Below are positions 18,350 through 29,527 of a stretch of DNA of 64,000 bases, piece after piece. A program made the position numbers and the translations under genes. Each line of letters starts with the position of its first letter. The first letter of the stretch is position 1. The stretch comes from Acidobacteriota bacterium. GTDB lineage: Bacteria; Acidobacteriota; Thermoanaerobaculia; Gp7-AA8. The notes beneath the pieces were generated by a model that saw only the letters and a list, made by a program, of their open reading frames with translations, was not told where the DNA came from and made no database searches. Location of the stretch: assembly GCA_019244185.1 (NCBI GenBank), contig JAFATB010000023.1, forward strand, positions 320,001 through 384,000, read 5' to 3'.

Positions 18350-19530
18350 GGCTGCGCGATCTTATCGAAAAATGCGATGGCCGCGCCCGCGAGATAGAGC
18401 GATCCCGCGACGACCACCGACGCCTCCGGACCTTCCAGCGCCGCCGCGAATGCGTTCTCCGGTTCGGCGATGGCGGTGACGTTCGCGCCGCCGAGCTTCA
18501 CCAGCGCCTCCGCACGCATCGACCGCGGCGGATACGGCTCCGTGGCGATGACGCGATCGAACAGCGGAAAGAGCGCGGCCACGACGTCGTGCACATCCTT
18601 GTCGCTCATGATCCCGAACACGAGCAGCCGCGGACGCGGAATGCGTTCGAGAAACGGCTGGATCGCCGCGACGGCGTGCGCGTTGTGGCCGCCGTCGATC
18701 CAGATGTCTTTGTCGTGCACGCGCAAACGCTCGAGCCGTCCGCGCCAGCGCGTCGCGGCGACGCCGCGGTCGATCGCGTCTTCGTCGATGCGCGGCAGCT
18801 GCTTCACGAGCGCGCGCGCCGCGGCGACCGCGAGCGCGGCGTTGCGGCGCTGAAACTCGCCGGCGAGCGGCGTGTCGTGCGTCGTCGTCACGTGCACGAC
18901 CGGACTCCCGAACTTCCGCGCGCGGCGTTCGATGACGTCGAGGACTTCCGGATCGTCGTTCGTCGTCAGCACGATCGCGCCGCGATGGATGACGCCCGCT
19001 TTCTCCGCCGCGATTTTGCGGATCGTATTGCCGAGGTACTCCATGTGATCGAAGCCGATGGGCGTGATCAGCGCGGCCAGCGGACGCACGACGTTCGTGG
19101 CATCGAGCCGCCCGCCCATCCCGACTTCGAGCACGACGACTTCGCACTTTGCGCGCGCGAACGCGATGAAGGCGAGCAGCGTCAGCGCCTCAAAGTACGT
19201 CGGCGTGATGCCCGCGCGTTCCGCCGCTGCCTGCAAGACGTCGATCGCCTCGTCGAGCGCCGCCGGCTCGATCATCGCGCCGTCGATCGTCCAGCGTTCG
19301 CGCAGCTCGACCAGATGCGGCGAGGTGTAGAGACCGGTGCGATAACCGGCCGCGCGGAGAATCGACGCGAGCGTCGCGGACGTCGAGCCTTTGCCGTTCG
19401 TGCCCGCGACGATGATCGACGGACACGCGTGTTGCGGACGTCCGAGCGCGCGCAGCAACGCGCGCATGCGGTCGAGCCCTGGACGGATGCCCGAGCCTTC
19501 GAGCGACGCGAGCCAGTCGAGCGGCGTCAC
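18346..19530 (-). CDS. folC: Folylpolyglutamate/dihydrofolate synthase
   Basis: [45 protein letters not shown]. Confidence 0.95.
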   Translation of the reverse strand: MTPLDWLASLEGSGIRPGLDRMRALLRALGRPQHACPSIIVAGTNGKGSTSATLASILRAAGYRTGLYTSPHLVELRERWTIDGAMIEPAALDEAIDVLQAAAERAGITPTYFEALTLLAFIAFARAKCEVVVLEVGMGGRLDATNVVRPLAALITPIGFDHMEYLGNTIRKIAAEKAGVIHRGAIVLTTNDDPEVLDVIERRARKFGSPVVHVTTTHDTPLAGEFQRRNAALAVAAARALVKQLPRIDEDAIDRGVAATRWRGRLERLRVHDKDIWIDGGHNAHAVAAIQPFLERIPRPRLLVFGIMSDKDVHDVVAALFPLFDRVIATEPYPPRSMRAEALVKLGGANVTAIAEPENAFAAALEGPEASVVVAGSLYLAGAAIAFFDKIAQP

Positions 19531-19531
19531 G

Positions 19532-20377
19532 CTACTGCCCGCGGAAGATGCGGAGGAAACGGCCGATGGCCGGCTTCATCTCCGCGCGCGGCGTGATGAG
19601 ATCGACCATCCCGTGCTCGACGAGGAACTCCGACGTCTGAAATCCCTCGGGCAGCGTCTGGCGGATCGTCTGCTCGATGACGCGCGGTCCTGCGAAGCCG
19701 ATCAGCGCCTTCGGCTCGGCGAGGTTGAGATCGCCCAGCATCGCGTACGACGCCGTCACGCCGCCGGTCGTCGGATCGGTGAGCACCGAGATGAACGGCA
19801 GTCCCGCTTCGGCGAGACGCGCGAGCGCCGCGGAGATCTTCGCCATCTGCATGAGCGAGAGGATGCCTTCCTGCATGCGCGCGCCGCCGGAGCAGGAGAC
19901 GATGATCAGCGGTTCTTTTTTCTCGAGCGCGCGCTCGGCGGCGAGCGTGATCTTCTCGCCGACGACCGACCCCATCGAGCCGCCCATGAAGTTGTACTCC
20001 ATGGCGCAGATCACGACCGGAATGCCTTCGAGCTTTCCTTCCGCGCAGAGCACCGCATCGCCCTGGCCGACGCGCTGCTGATAGACGCGCAGCCGATCGG
20101 CGTAGCGCTTCGTGTCGCGGAAGCCGAGGGGATCGCCGGAGCGGATGTCGGTCGCGAACTCCTTGTACTTATCGTCGTCGAAGAGGATCTCGAAGCGCTC
20201 GCGCGCGGTGAGGCGGAAGTGATGGCCGCACTTCGGACAGGTGTTGAGGTTCGCCTCGACTTCCTTCCGGTAGACGATCTCCTTGCAGTCGTCGCACTTG
20301 AGCCAGAGGCCCTCCGGGATCGCGACCTGCTTTTCGACCGCCTCTTTCGGCTTTTTTTCTTTGCGGAACCAGGCCAT
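19532..20377 (-). CDS. accD: Acetyl-CoA carboxylase carboxyltransferase beta subunit
   Basis: WLKCDDC...CPKC zinc finger, FMGGSMGSVVGEK, SGGARMQEG, PTTGGVTAS. Confidence 0.97.
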   Translation of the reverse strand: MAWFRKEKKPKEAVEKQVAIPEGLWLKCDDCKEIVYRKEVEANLNTCPKCGHHFRLTARERFEILFDDDKYKEFATDIRSGDPLGFRDTKRYADRLRVYQQRVGQGDAVLCAEGKLEGIPVVICAMEYNFMGGSMGSVVGEKITLAAERALEKKEPLIIVSCSGGARMQEGILSLMQMAKISAALARLAEAGLPFISVLTDPTTGGVTASYAMLGDLNLAEPKALIGFAGPRVIEQTIRQTLPEGFQTSEFLVEHGMVDLITPRAEMKPAIGRFLRIFRGQ

Positions 20378-20395
20378 GGGCGAGGCGACTCTACC

Positions 20396-21454
20396 TCAGA
20401 TCTCCCGGAAGATGTGCGGACGCAGCACGTCCATCCGCTCGTCGACCTTCGACGCATCGAGGTAGCGCAGCGTGGCCGCGACCGACGAGAGCAGCGAGTT
20501 GCCGTCCTGCGGCGTGTAGCAGAAGCCGACGATCGTGCGCGCGTCGGGCATGGCGATGGTCGACAGCGGCACGACGGTCTGCGAGAGGATGCGGCCGTAA
20601 TAGCCGTGGTCGCGGCCGAACGAGAAGATCTGGTTGACGGAGCGCTTGTTCGTCGTCGCCACGCGCGCGTTGTTGCGCAGCAGCGTCTTCGCTTCCTCGA
20701 GCGTCGTCTCGTGCGCGAGACGCAGCGTGAACCAGAGCGTGTGCATGTACTGCGTGTTGATCTTGATGGCCGACGAGAAGAGGTTCAGCTTCTCGCCGAG
20801 GGTCTGGAAGATGTGGTACGCGTCGCGGGCGTGATGGGTGCCGAACTCCGGGTCGTCGTGCTTGCCGGCCTGCGGCGCGGCGAGGAACGACTTCGCGTCG
20901 GAGACGTCGTTCGCGCGGCGCATGCAGACGAACTGCGCGGCGTCGAGGCTCATCTTGCCGTCGACGGACGCGAGCGTCTTGAGCAGCACGGAGATGTTGT
21001 GCGTGTTGCACGAGACGATCTGCACGAACCGCTCGTCGGGACTCTGCACCTCGTCGTTGATTCCGAGCGCGTACGGCTTGCCGAAGCCGAACTCGGAGCC
21101 CTGCGCGAGAAAGCCTTTCGGTCCTTTGACGCGCTGATAGCACGTCACCTTGTTCTCGTTGCCGGCGGGCGTGCAGTCGACGACGACGGTGGCGCGTTCG
21201 ATCGCTTCGTCCGCGGTGTAGGAGACGCGGTGGCCGAAGCGCGCGAAATCGTCGCGGGCCTGCTCGTCGGCCACGAGGCGCGCGCCGCGCGCGAGCAGCG
21301 AGTTGATCATGGCGCGGTCGTCGCCGCTCGGCGTGCGCTTGTGAAACGTGACCTCGTCGATGCCCCACTTCTCGCGGAAATCGCAGAAGAGCGCGATGAG
21401 AGGCTCGCCGATGGTGCCGGTGCCGACGACGTGGACGATGTTCTTCTTCGTCAT
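20396..21454 (-). CDS. Archaeal-type (class II) glyceraldehyde-3-phosphate dehydrogenase-like protein
   Basis: VVGTGTIG Rossmann motif, VVDCTP, AQGSE, catalytic IVSCNTH, RRAND, THHARD, TQYMH. Confidence 0.65.
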   Translation of the reverse strand: MTKKNIVHVVGTGTIGEPLIALFCDFREKWGIDEVTFHKRTPSGDDRAMINSLLARGARLVADEQARDDFARFGHRVSYTADEAIERATVVVDCTPAGNENKVTCYQRVKGPKGFLAQGSEFGFGKPYALGINDEVQSPDERFVQIVSCNTHNISVLLKTLASVDGKMSLDAAQFVCMRRANDVSDAKSFLAAPQAGKHDDPEFGTHHARDAYHIFQTLGEKLNLFSSAIKINTQYMHTLWFTLRLAHETTLEEAKTLLRNNARVATTNKRSVNQIFSFGRDHGYYGRILSQTVVPLSTIAMPDARTIVGFCYTPQDGNSLLSSVAATLRYLDASKVDERMDVLRPHIFREI

Positions 21455-21505
21455 GACTGAAGTCCCTCTGGTGAAATCGGGCGCGGATTGTATGATCGCG
21501 CCCCC

Positions 21506-21976
21506 ATGGCCGCCAAGCCCGAGTCCGGCGAGAAGTTGATCGCCTCGAACAAGAAAGCGCTCCACGACTACTTCGTCGTGCAGAAGTTCGAGGCGGGGCT
21601 GATGCTGACCGGTACCGAGGTCAAGTCGCTACGAGACGGCAAAGCGAACCTCAAGGACGCGTACGTCATCTTCAAGAACGACGAGGCGTTTCTCTTCGGC
21701 GCGCATATCTCCCCTTATTCGCACGGCAACATCGAGAACCACGATCCCGAGCGCACGCGCAAGCTCCTCTTGCACCGCCGCGAGATCGACAAACTGCGCG
21801 CGCAGACGACGGAGAAGGGGATGTCCGTCGTGCCGCTGCGTCTCTACTTCAAAGGCAGCCGCGTGAAGACCGAAATCGCGGTCGTGCGCGGCAAGAAGCA
21901 GTACGACAAGCGCGAGACCGAGAAGAAGCGCGAGGCCGATCGCGAGGCCGCCGCGGCGATGAAGACGCGGCGCTGA
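21506..21976 (+). CDS. smpB: SsrA-binding protein
   Basis: NKKALHDY, EAGLMLTGTEVKSLR, RTRKLLLHRREI, GKKQYDKRE. Confidence 0.97.
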   Translation: MAAKPESGEKLIASNKKALHDYFVVQKFEAGLMLTGTEVKSLRDGKANLKDAYVIFKNDEAFLFGAHISPYSHGNIENHDPERTRKLLLHRREIDKLRAQTTEKGMSVVPLRLYFKGSRVKTEIAVVRGKKQYDKRETEKKREADREAAAAMKTRR

Positions 21977-21984
21977 CGCGCGAC

Positions 21985-22006
21985 ACTGTGGTTGCACAAC
22001 CACAGT
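21985..22006. promoter_or_regulatory. Palindrome upstream of lpxC (candidate activator site)
   Basis: ACTGTGGTTG-CA-CAACCACAGT: 10-bp arms with a 2-nt centre, about 110 bp upstream of a sigma54 box. Confidence 0.45.
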
Positions 22007-22115
22007 CGTGACCTCGCCACGCGACAGAAGTCATGCGTCCACGCACGCGGCGAAGAAGGCGTAAATTGCAGTAACAGAAGCTGTTTACGCCATGTAAGGC
22101 AGCCGCGGCAGCGCG

Positions 22116-22131
22116 TGGCACTTCCCTCGCT
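22116..22131 (+). promoter_or_regulatory. Sigma54 -24/-12 promoter of lpxC
   Basis: TGGCACTTCCCTCGCT (GG-N10-GC), 13 nt before the ATG. Confidence 0.55.
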
Positions 22132-22144
22132 CTTTCCGCGCGCA

Positions 22145-23035
22145 ATGTTCGTTCAACGCAGAACCATCAACACTGACGTCAGCATCACCGGGATCGGGCT
22201 GCACTCCGGCATCTACACGACCGTCGAGCTCCATCCCGCGCCCGCCGGCAGCGGCATCACCTTCGTCCGCGCCGATCTCAAAGGGCTGCGCATCCCCGCG
22301 CTGCAGGCGTCCACCACCGCGCTCGATTACGCGACCACCGTCGGCAAGGACGACGTGCAGGTCGGCACCGTCGAACACCTCCTCTCGGCGATCATGGCCT
22401 GCGGCATCACCGACGTCGACATCCACATCGACGGCCCCGAAGTCCCCATCATCGACGGCAGCGCGCTTCCCTTCATGCACCTCATCGACGCCGCCGGCGT
22501 CCGCGACCTCGGCAGCGAGATTCCGGTCCTCCGCCTCCGCGAGCCGATCGAGGTGACGCACGGCGACAAGTCGATCCGCATCACGCCGGCGAATCGCCTC
22601 ATCATCAAGTACCGCATCGACTTCGATCATCCGAGCATCGGCCGCCAGTCCGCGCACTTCGACTTCGGCCACGACAACTTCCTCCGCAAGATCGCGCCGG
22701 CGCGTACGTTCGGCTTCATGCGCGACGTCGAGAAGATGCGCGCCGCCGGCCTCGCGCGCGGCGGCTCCGTCGAGAACGCCGTCGTGCTCGACGATCGCGG
22801 CGTCGTCAACGGGCCGCTGCGCTTCCGCGACGAGTTCGTGCGCCACAAGGTGCTCGATCTCATCGGCGACCTCGCGCTCATCGGACGCCCGATCGCCGGC
22901 GAGATCACCGCGCATCGCGCCGGTCACGCGCTGCACTCGCGCTTCGTCGAGCAGATCCTCCAGGCTGCCGCGGCGCAGGAAGCCGAAGCGGAAGCGCCGC
23001 TCGGCCAGCGTTCGATCCAGCAACAGTTCGCGTAA
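22145..23035 (+). CDS. lpxC: UDP-3-O-acyl-N-acetylglucosamine deacetylase
   Basis: GIGLHSG, TVEHLLSA, EVPIIDGSA, ARTFGF, EFVRHKVLDLIGDL, AGHALH. Confidence 0.96.
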   Translation: MFVQRRTINTDVSITGIGLHSGIYTTVELHPAPAGSGITFVRADLKGLRIPALQASTTALDYATTVGKDDVQVGTVEHLLSAIMACGITDVDIHIDGPEVPIIDGSALPFMHLIDAAGVRDLGSEIPVLRLREPIEVTHGDKSIRITPANRLIIKYRIDFDHPSIGRQSAHFDFGHDNFLRKIAPARTFGFMRDVEKMRAAGLARGGSVENAVVLDDRGVVNGPLRFRDEFVRHKVLDLIGDLALIGRPIAGEITAHRAGHALHSRFVEQILQAAAAQEAEAEAPLGQRSIQQQFA

Positions 23036-23089
23036 GCAACCGTTTGTCGCGAGCTTGATTTACGCGCGGTGTGGTAAAAACGCCACACG

Positions 23090-23629
23090 GTGCGTGCGCT
23101 TCTCTTCACGTTGTGCGTTGCAGCGTTCGCGACGACGCTCGCGGCCGCACCGCGTCCCGACATCGAGAACCTCGCCGCCACCGCCGCGCGGGGCAAGGTC
23201 AGCGTGAAGTTCACACTGCGCGCGGCATTCTCCAACAGCGAGATGGTCGAGGCGCTCAAGAGCGGCCTGCCGACGACGTTCACGTACGTCGTCGAGGTCT
23301 TCCGCGATCGCCCGAACTGGTTCGACGACACGCTCGATCGCGCGCGCATCGAAGTCAGCTGCACGTTCAACTCGATCACGCGCGAGTACCTGCTCAGCTA
23401 TCGCCGCGACCGCCATCTCGTCCGCTCGGAGTCGTTCACCGATCTCGCCGCGCTGCAGCAGCGCATGACCACCGTCGACGAGCCGGACCTCTTCGACGTC
23501 GACGGCTACAAGCCGTACAAGCTGAAAGTCCGCGCGAAGGCCGACCTCATGCGCGGCTGGCTGTTCTACGTGATCCCGTGGGACGTGACCACGCGCTGGC
23601 GCGAGGCGCGCGTGAAGGCGGCGGAGTGA
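23090..23629 (+). CDS. DUF4390-like exported protein
   Basis: Signal peptide, EALKSGLPTTFTY.VEV.R.R..WFD. Position upstream of ntrYX-like genes is typical. Confidence 0.7.
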   Translation: MRALLFTLCVAAFATTLAAAPRPDIENLAATAARGKVSVKFTLRAAFSNSEMVEALKSGLPTTFTYVVEVFRDRPNWFDDTLDRARIEVSCTFNSITREYLLSYRRDRHLVRSESFTDLAALQQRMTTVDEPDLFDVDGYKPYKLKVRAKADLMRGWLFYVIPWDVTTRWREARVKAAE

Positions 23630-23633
23630 CGCG

Positions 23634-25727
23634 ATGAAGCTGCGCGACGCACTGCTGCGCTATCGCAAGGATCCGCGCTTCATCATCTCGGTGCCGCTGG
23701 TGATCCTCGCGGCGACGAGCCTCGTCTACTACGCGACGCAGCAGGCGAAAGAGCTGTCGCCCGAGGCGTTGAGCAGCCAAGTGCTGCTGTTCGTCTTGTC
23801 GAACATCAACCTGCTGCTGATCATCGGCATCCTCTTCGTGCTGCTGCGCGGGTTCGTCAAGCTCGTGCTCGAACGGCAGCGCGGCATCATCGGCTCGCGG
23901 TTCCGCACGAAGCTCGTCGTGACGTACGTCGCCACGTCGCTGCTGCCGGTCGTGCTGCTCTTCCTCGTCGCCACCGACCTTCTGCGCGTGTCGATCGACC
24001 GCTGGTTCGCGACGCCGGTGCGGAAGATCCTCGAGAACAGCGAGGCCATCGCGCAGCGCGCGCAGGATCAGGCCGCCGACATCGCCACCGGCGCCGCGCG
24101 CGAGATCGCCGCGAATCCCGCCGCGCGCGACGCGGCGCACATCGACGACGTGCTCGCGCACGTGCGGCAGTTCCACGGCGTGGACATGGTCGGCGTCTAC
24201 CGCGGCGGCATTCTCGTGAAGGCGCAGGCGAATCCGCGCGCGCCGATTCAGGAAGTCACCGATCCGTCGTCGCGCTTTCTCGAAGAGGTCGCCCAGAAAG
24301 GCCGCGCCGTGAAGATCGACGTCATCGCCAGCGGCAAGTGGATCCGCGCCGGCGTGCCCCTCGGCGGCGACGCGCAGGACGTCGCCATCGCCGGCGTGTT
24401 CATCCCCGCGTCCGTGTCGCGGATGATCGACGAGTCGATCATCGCCCACAAAAACTTCCAGCAGCTGCACTCGCAGCGGCAGACGCTGAAGGCATCGCAG
24501 ACGATGCTCTTTCTCGCGGTGACGCTGGCCATTCTCTTCGGCACGTTGTGGACCTCGATCTACGCGTCGCGGCGCATCACCGTGCCGATCAAAGCGCTCG
24601 CCGAGGCGACGTCGCTCATCGCCGAAGGCGGCGTCGGACATCGCATCGAGGTCGCGGCCACGGACGAAGTCGGACGCCTCATCGAATCGTTCAATGACAT
24701 GTCGTCGCAGCTCGCGTCGCAACGGCGCGAGCTCACGGATACGAACCGCTTCATGACCACCGTGCTCGAGAGCGTGAGCACCGGCATCCTCGCGTTCACC
24801 GACGAGCTCGAGCTGCTGTCGATCAACCGCGCCGCGCTGCAGATGCTGCAGCTCGATCCGCCGCTCCCCGGCACGCCCCTCGGCACGCTGCTGCGCGGCG
24901 AGCTCGCGCCGGTGGCGATGGCGCTGCAGGAGCTCACCGTCGGTCCGCCGCGCTCGCGCGAGGTCGCGCTCATCGTGCACGGCGAGCTGCACTACCTCGA
25001 GCTCTCCGCCGCGCGGCTCTCCGGCGGCGGCGGCTCCGGCTGGGTGCTCGCCATCGAGGAATCGACGCAGCTCGTGCAGGCGCAGAAGCTCGCCGCGTGG
25101 AACGAAGCCGCGCGCCGCATCGCGCACGAGATCAAGAATCCGCTGACGCCGATCCAGCTCTCCGCCGAGCGCATGGCCAGGAAATTCGGGAAGAACGAGC
25201 CGGCGATCGAAGAAGGTTGCCGCACGATCGTCACCGAAGTCAGCCAGCTCACGCGGATGGTCGACGAGTTCTCGCGCTTCGCGCGCATGCCGGCCATTCA
25301 TCTGCGGCACGCGCAGCTCGCGGACATCCTGCAGCAGGCCGCGAGTCTCTATCGCGACACGAAGCGCGGCGTGAGCATCGCCGTCGACGTCGCGCCGGAC
25401 CTCGAGCTGCTGATGGATCCCGAACAGATCCGCCGCGCGGTCGGCAACCTGCTCAAGAACGCGGTCGAGGCGACCGACGCCGGCGAGATCCGCGTCTCCG
25501 CGCGGCGCGCGCCGCACCGCGTCGTCATCGAAGTGGCCGATCCCGGCCGCGGCGTTCCCGACAACGACAAGGACAAGCTCTTTCTCCCGTACTTTTCGAC
25601 GAAAGGGCGCGGCACCGGACTCGGCCTCGCCATCGTCCATCGCATCGTCCGCGACCACGACGGACAGATTCACGTGCACGACAACCATCCGAAGGGAACG
25701 CGCTTCGAGATCGAGCTCCCCGCGTAA
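23634..25727 (+). CDS. NtrY-like sensor histidine kinase (HAMP, PAS)
   Basis: GSRFRTKLV, SIDRWF, AWNEAARRIAHEIKNPLTPIQLSAER, NLLKNA, GTGLGLAIV. Confidence 0.92.
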   Translation: MKLRDALLRYRKDPRFIISVPLVILAATSLVYYATQQAKELSPEALSSQVLLFVLSNINLLLIIGILFVLLRGFVKLVLERQRGIIGSRFRTKLVVTYVATSLLPVVLLFLVATDLLRVSIDRWFATPVRKILENSEAIAQRAQDQAADIATGAAREIAANPAARDAAHIDDVLAHVRQFHGVDMVGVYRGGILVKAQANPRAPIQEVTDPSSRFLEEVAQKGRAVKIDVIASGKWIRAGVPLGGDAQDVAIAGVFIPASVSRMIDESIIAHKNFQQLHSQRQTLKASQTMLFLAVTLAILFGTLWTSIYASRRITVPIKALAEATSLIAEGGVGHRIEVAATDEVGRLIESFNDMSSQLASQRRELTDTNRFMTTVLESVSTGILAFTDELELLSINRAALQMLQLDPPLPGTPLGTLLRGELAPVAMALQELTVGPPRSREVALIVHGELHYLELSAARLSGGGGSGWVLAIEESTQLVQAQKLAAWNEAARRIAHEIKNPLTPIQLSAERMARKFGKNEPAIEEGCRTIVTEVSQLTRMVDEFSRFARMPAIHLRHAQLADILQQAASLYRDTKRGVSIAVDVAPDLELLMDPEQIRRAVGNLLKNAVEATDAGEIRVSARRAPHRVVIEVADPGRGVPDNDKDKLFLPYFSTKGRGTGLGLAIVHRIVRDHDGQIHVHDNHPKGTRFEIELPA

Positions 25728-25730
25728 GTC

Positions 25731-27077
<1,347 letters not shown>

Positions 27078-27117
27078 CGTGAAATAGAGCCCGCGGGCGA
27101 CGCGTTAGCGGCGTTGC

Positions 27118-27146
27118 TTGACAGCGGACCAGTCGCTGACTAAAGT
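27118..27146 (+). promoter_or_regulatory. Sigma70 promoter of tRNA-Gly
   Basis: TTGACA-17 nt-TAAAGT. Confidence 0.75.
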
Positions 27147-27158
27147 TCGCCGTCCAAC

Positions 27159-27234
<76 letters not shown>

Positions 27235-27247
27235 AACACCGATGATC

Positions 27248-27286
27248 CGAAGGGCCGCGACACGCAAGTCGCGGCCCTTCGCGTTT
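27248..27286 (+). terminator. Terminator hairpin after tRNA
   Basis: CGAAGGGCCGCGAC-ACGCAA-GTCGCGGCCCTTCG followed by CGTTT. Confidence 0.65.
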
Positions 27287-27314
27287 CGGGAGGTGGTACC
27301 TTCATGCTGCCGCC

Positions 27315-29114
27315 ATGACGGAACGGGCGAGCGGTTCGCGCTCCCGCAGCCTTGCGCCGGGGTTTCTCGTCGACGGGAAGTACGAGATCGTCGGACTTCT
27401 CGGAGCCGGAGGCATGGGCGAGGTCTACAAAGCGCGCCACGTGCACCTCGGCGCGTTCCGCTGCATCAAGGTCATGAAGCCGAGCCTCATGGCCAACGAG
27501 ACCTACAAGCAGCGCTTCCTGCGTGAGGCGCGCCTCGCGACGCAGATCCACCATCCGAACGTCGCGGCGATGCACGACTTCTCGATCCTCGGCGACGGCA
27601 CGAGCTACATGGTCGCGGAGTTCATCGACGGCACGACCGTGCGCCAGTGGGAAACCGCGAACGGCCGCTTCCCGCTCGCGCTCGCCGTCGAGGTGGCCGT
27701 GCAGGTTCTCAGCGGACTCGATCACCTCCACCGCCGCGGTCTCCTGCATCGCGACATCTCCGCCGACAACGTGATGCTGTCGTTCGACACTGACGATCGC
27801 CTGCTCGTGAAGATCATCGACCTCGGCGTTGCGAAAGACGTCTCGCGCGGCCAGGATCCCGACGCGAACCCCGACACGACGCAGGCCGGCGTGATGATCG
27901 GCAATCCGAAGTACATGTCGCCCGAGCAGCTCGGCGAGCTCGAACCGGGCGAGACGCTCGACGGCCGCACCGATCTCTACTCCCTCGGCATCGTGCTGTA
28001 CGAGATGCTGACCGGCGTGCCGCCGTTCTCCGCGCGCACGTCGAACGGCTACATCATCAAACATCTCACCGAGGCGCCGCCGACGTTCGCGGATGCAAAC
28101 CCGGGCCTCGATCTTCCCGCGGGACTCGAGGCCGTCGTGCAGCGCGCGCTCGCGAAACATCGCAATCAGCGCTTTCCGAGCGCGCGCGCCTTCTCGGATG
28201 CGCTGTCGCGCTACGCGTCGCCGGCGCAGGAAGGCTTTCTGCGTACCGAAGTGCCGACGCCCGGCACCGGCGCGGAAGAGGCGTGGCACAAGGCGACCGC
28301 CATCGACACGTACAACGCGCTGCGCGACTTTCGCGCGCGCTTTCCCGCGCATCGCGTGGAGGAAGCGACGAACGCGCTCGCCGAGCGACTCGGCTTCGAC
28401 ACCGCCGCGGCGATCGACACCGAAGACGCGTGGCTCGACTATCTCGAACGCTGGGGCGAAGACCGGCACGCCGCGCAGGCGCGCGAGCGGCTCGAGCACG
28501 TGAAGGCGCGCGAGGCGACGGCGTACAGCGTCGCGGTGGAGATGAAGAGCGCCGCCGCGTGGCGCGCGTACCTCGAGGAGTTTCCCGACGCGCGGCGCAG
28601 CGGCGAGGCGGAGTCGCATCTGCGCGAGGCGCTCGCGTTCGAGGAAGCGCGCGGCGTCGACACCGTCGCGGCGTGGGGACTCTTCCTCCTCAACTATCCG
28701 GCGGGCCTGCACGAGTACGCCGCGCGCGAGCGGCTCGAAACGCTCGAAGCCGCCGACGAGCGCGCGTGGGAAGACGCAAAAGCGCAGACCACGCCGGCGG
28801 CGCTGCACGCGTATCTGCAGGGACGTCCTGGCGGCAAGTACGCGGGCGACGCGGCGCGCGCGCTGGGACGCATGGCCATCGTCGAAGGCGACTTCGACGC
28901 CGCGTGGGAGAAGGGCACCGTCGCCGCGTGGGACGAGTACATCGCGGCGCATCCCGACGGCGCGCGCATCGACGATGCACGCACTTGCCGTCAGGAAGCG
29001 CAGGAGTACGAGCTCGCCGCGAGCATGAACACGAAGGTGATGTGGCGCGCGTTCCTCAAGGCGTGGCCGCAAGGGCGGCATCGCCTCGACGCCGAAGTGC
29101 GGCTGCGCAGCTGA
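27315..29114 (+). CDS. Ser/Thr protein kinase with C-terminal helical repeats
   Basis: GAGGMGEVY, IKVM, HRDISADN, IIDLG, YMSPE, DLYSLG. About seven W..YL..YP.G-type repeats. No TM. Confidence 0.92.
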   Translation: MTERASGSRSRSLAPGFLVDGKYEIVGLLGAGGMGEVYKARHVHLGAFRCIKVMKPSLMANETYKQRFLREARLATQIHHPNVAAMHDFSILGDGTSYMVAEFIDGTTVRQWETANGRFPLALAVEVAVQVLSGLDHLHRRGLLHRDISADNVMLSFDTDDRLLVKIIDLGVAKDVSRGQDPDANPDTTQAGVMIGNPKYMSPEQLGELEPGETLDGRTDLYSLGIVLYEMLTGVPPFSARTSNGYIIKHLTEAPPTFADANPGLDLPAGLEAVVQRALAKHRNQRFPSARAFSDALSRYASPAQEGFLRTEVPTPGTGAEEAWHKATAIDTYNALRDFRARFPAHRVEEATNALAERLGFDTAAAIDTEDAWLDYLERWGEDRHAAQARERLEHVKAREATAYSVAVEMKSAAAWRAYLEEFPDARRSGEAESHLREALAFEEARGVDTVAAWGLFLLNYPAGLHEYAARERLETLEAADERAWEDAKAQTTPAALHAYLQGRPGGKYAGDAARALGRMAIVEGDFDAAWEKGTVAAWDEYIAAHPDGARIDDARTCRQEAQEYELAASMNTKVMWRAFLKAWPQGRHRLDAEVRLRS

Positions 29115-29120
29115 CCGACA

Positions 29121-29525
29121 TCACGCGCGCCAGACCCACGGCCGCTGCGCGTCCGCGATCGGGCGAAACGCGTCGGCGTAGTGCGTCACGCGAAAGCGCC
29201 GGCCGGTCCAGTAGAGCGACAGGATGTCGTAGCGCAACTGCAAGTCCGCGTACTTTGCGGCGTAGCGATCGCCGAGGCGGATGAGGCGCTCGCGTTTTGC
29301 ACGATCGACGGCTTCGTGTCCTTCGCCGGCACGCTCGGTCTGCCGCGTCTTCACCTCGGCGATGACGAGCGTCTTGCCACGGCGCACGACGAGATCGACT
29401 TCGCCCGCGTGCGAGCGCTCGTTCCGCGCGACGATCGCGTAGCCGCGGAAGCGATAGAACCACGCCGCGCGACGCTCGCCGCGCCGGCCGAGGATTGCGG
29501 GCGGAAGCGGCTTCGCGCCAAACAT
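29121..29525 (-). CDS. yraN: YraN (UPF0102) family nuclease
   Basis: LGRRGERRAA...GY.IVARN....GEVDLV......IAEVKTR, LRYDI. Confidence 0.88.
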   Translation of the reverse strand: MFGAKPLPPAILGRRGERRAAWFYRFRGYAIVARNERSHAGEVDLVVRRGKTLVIAEVKTRQTERAGEGHEAVDRAKRERLIRLGDRYAAKYADLQLRYDILSLYWTGRRFRVTHYADAFRPIADAQRPWVWRA

Positions 29526-29527
29526 GG

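Noticed and set aside
21977-22144. tmRNA (ssrA) downstream of smpB
   Set aside because: The gap is only 168 bp and has no GGGG..-TCCACCA tRNA-like ends.
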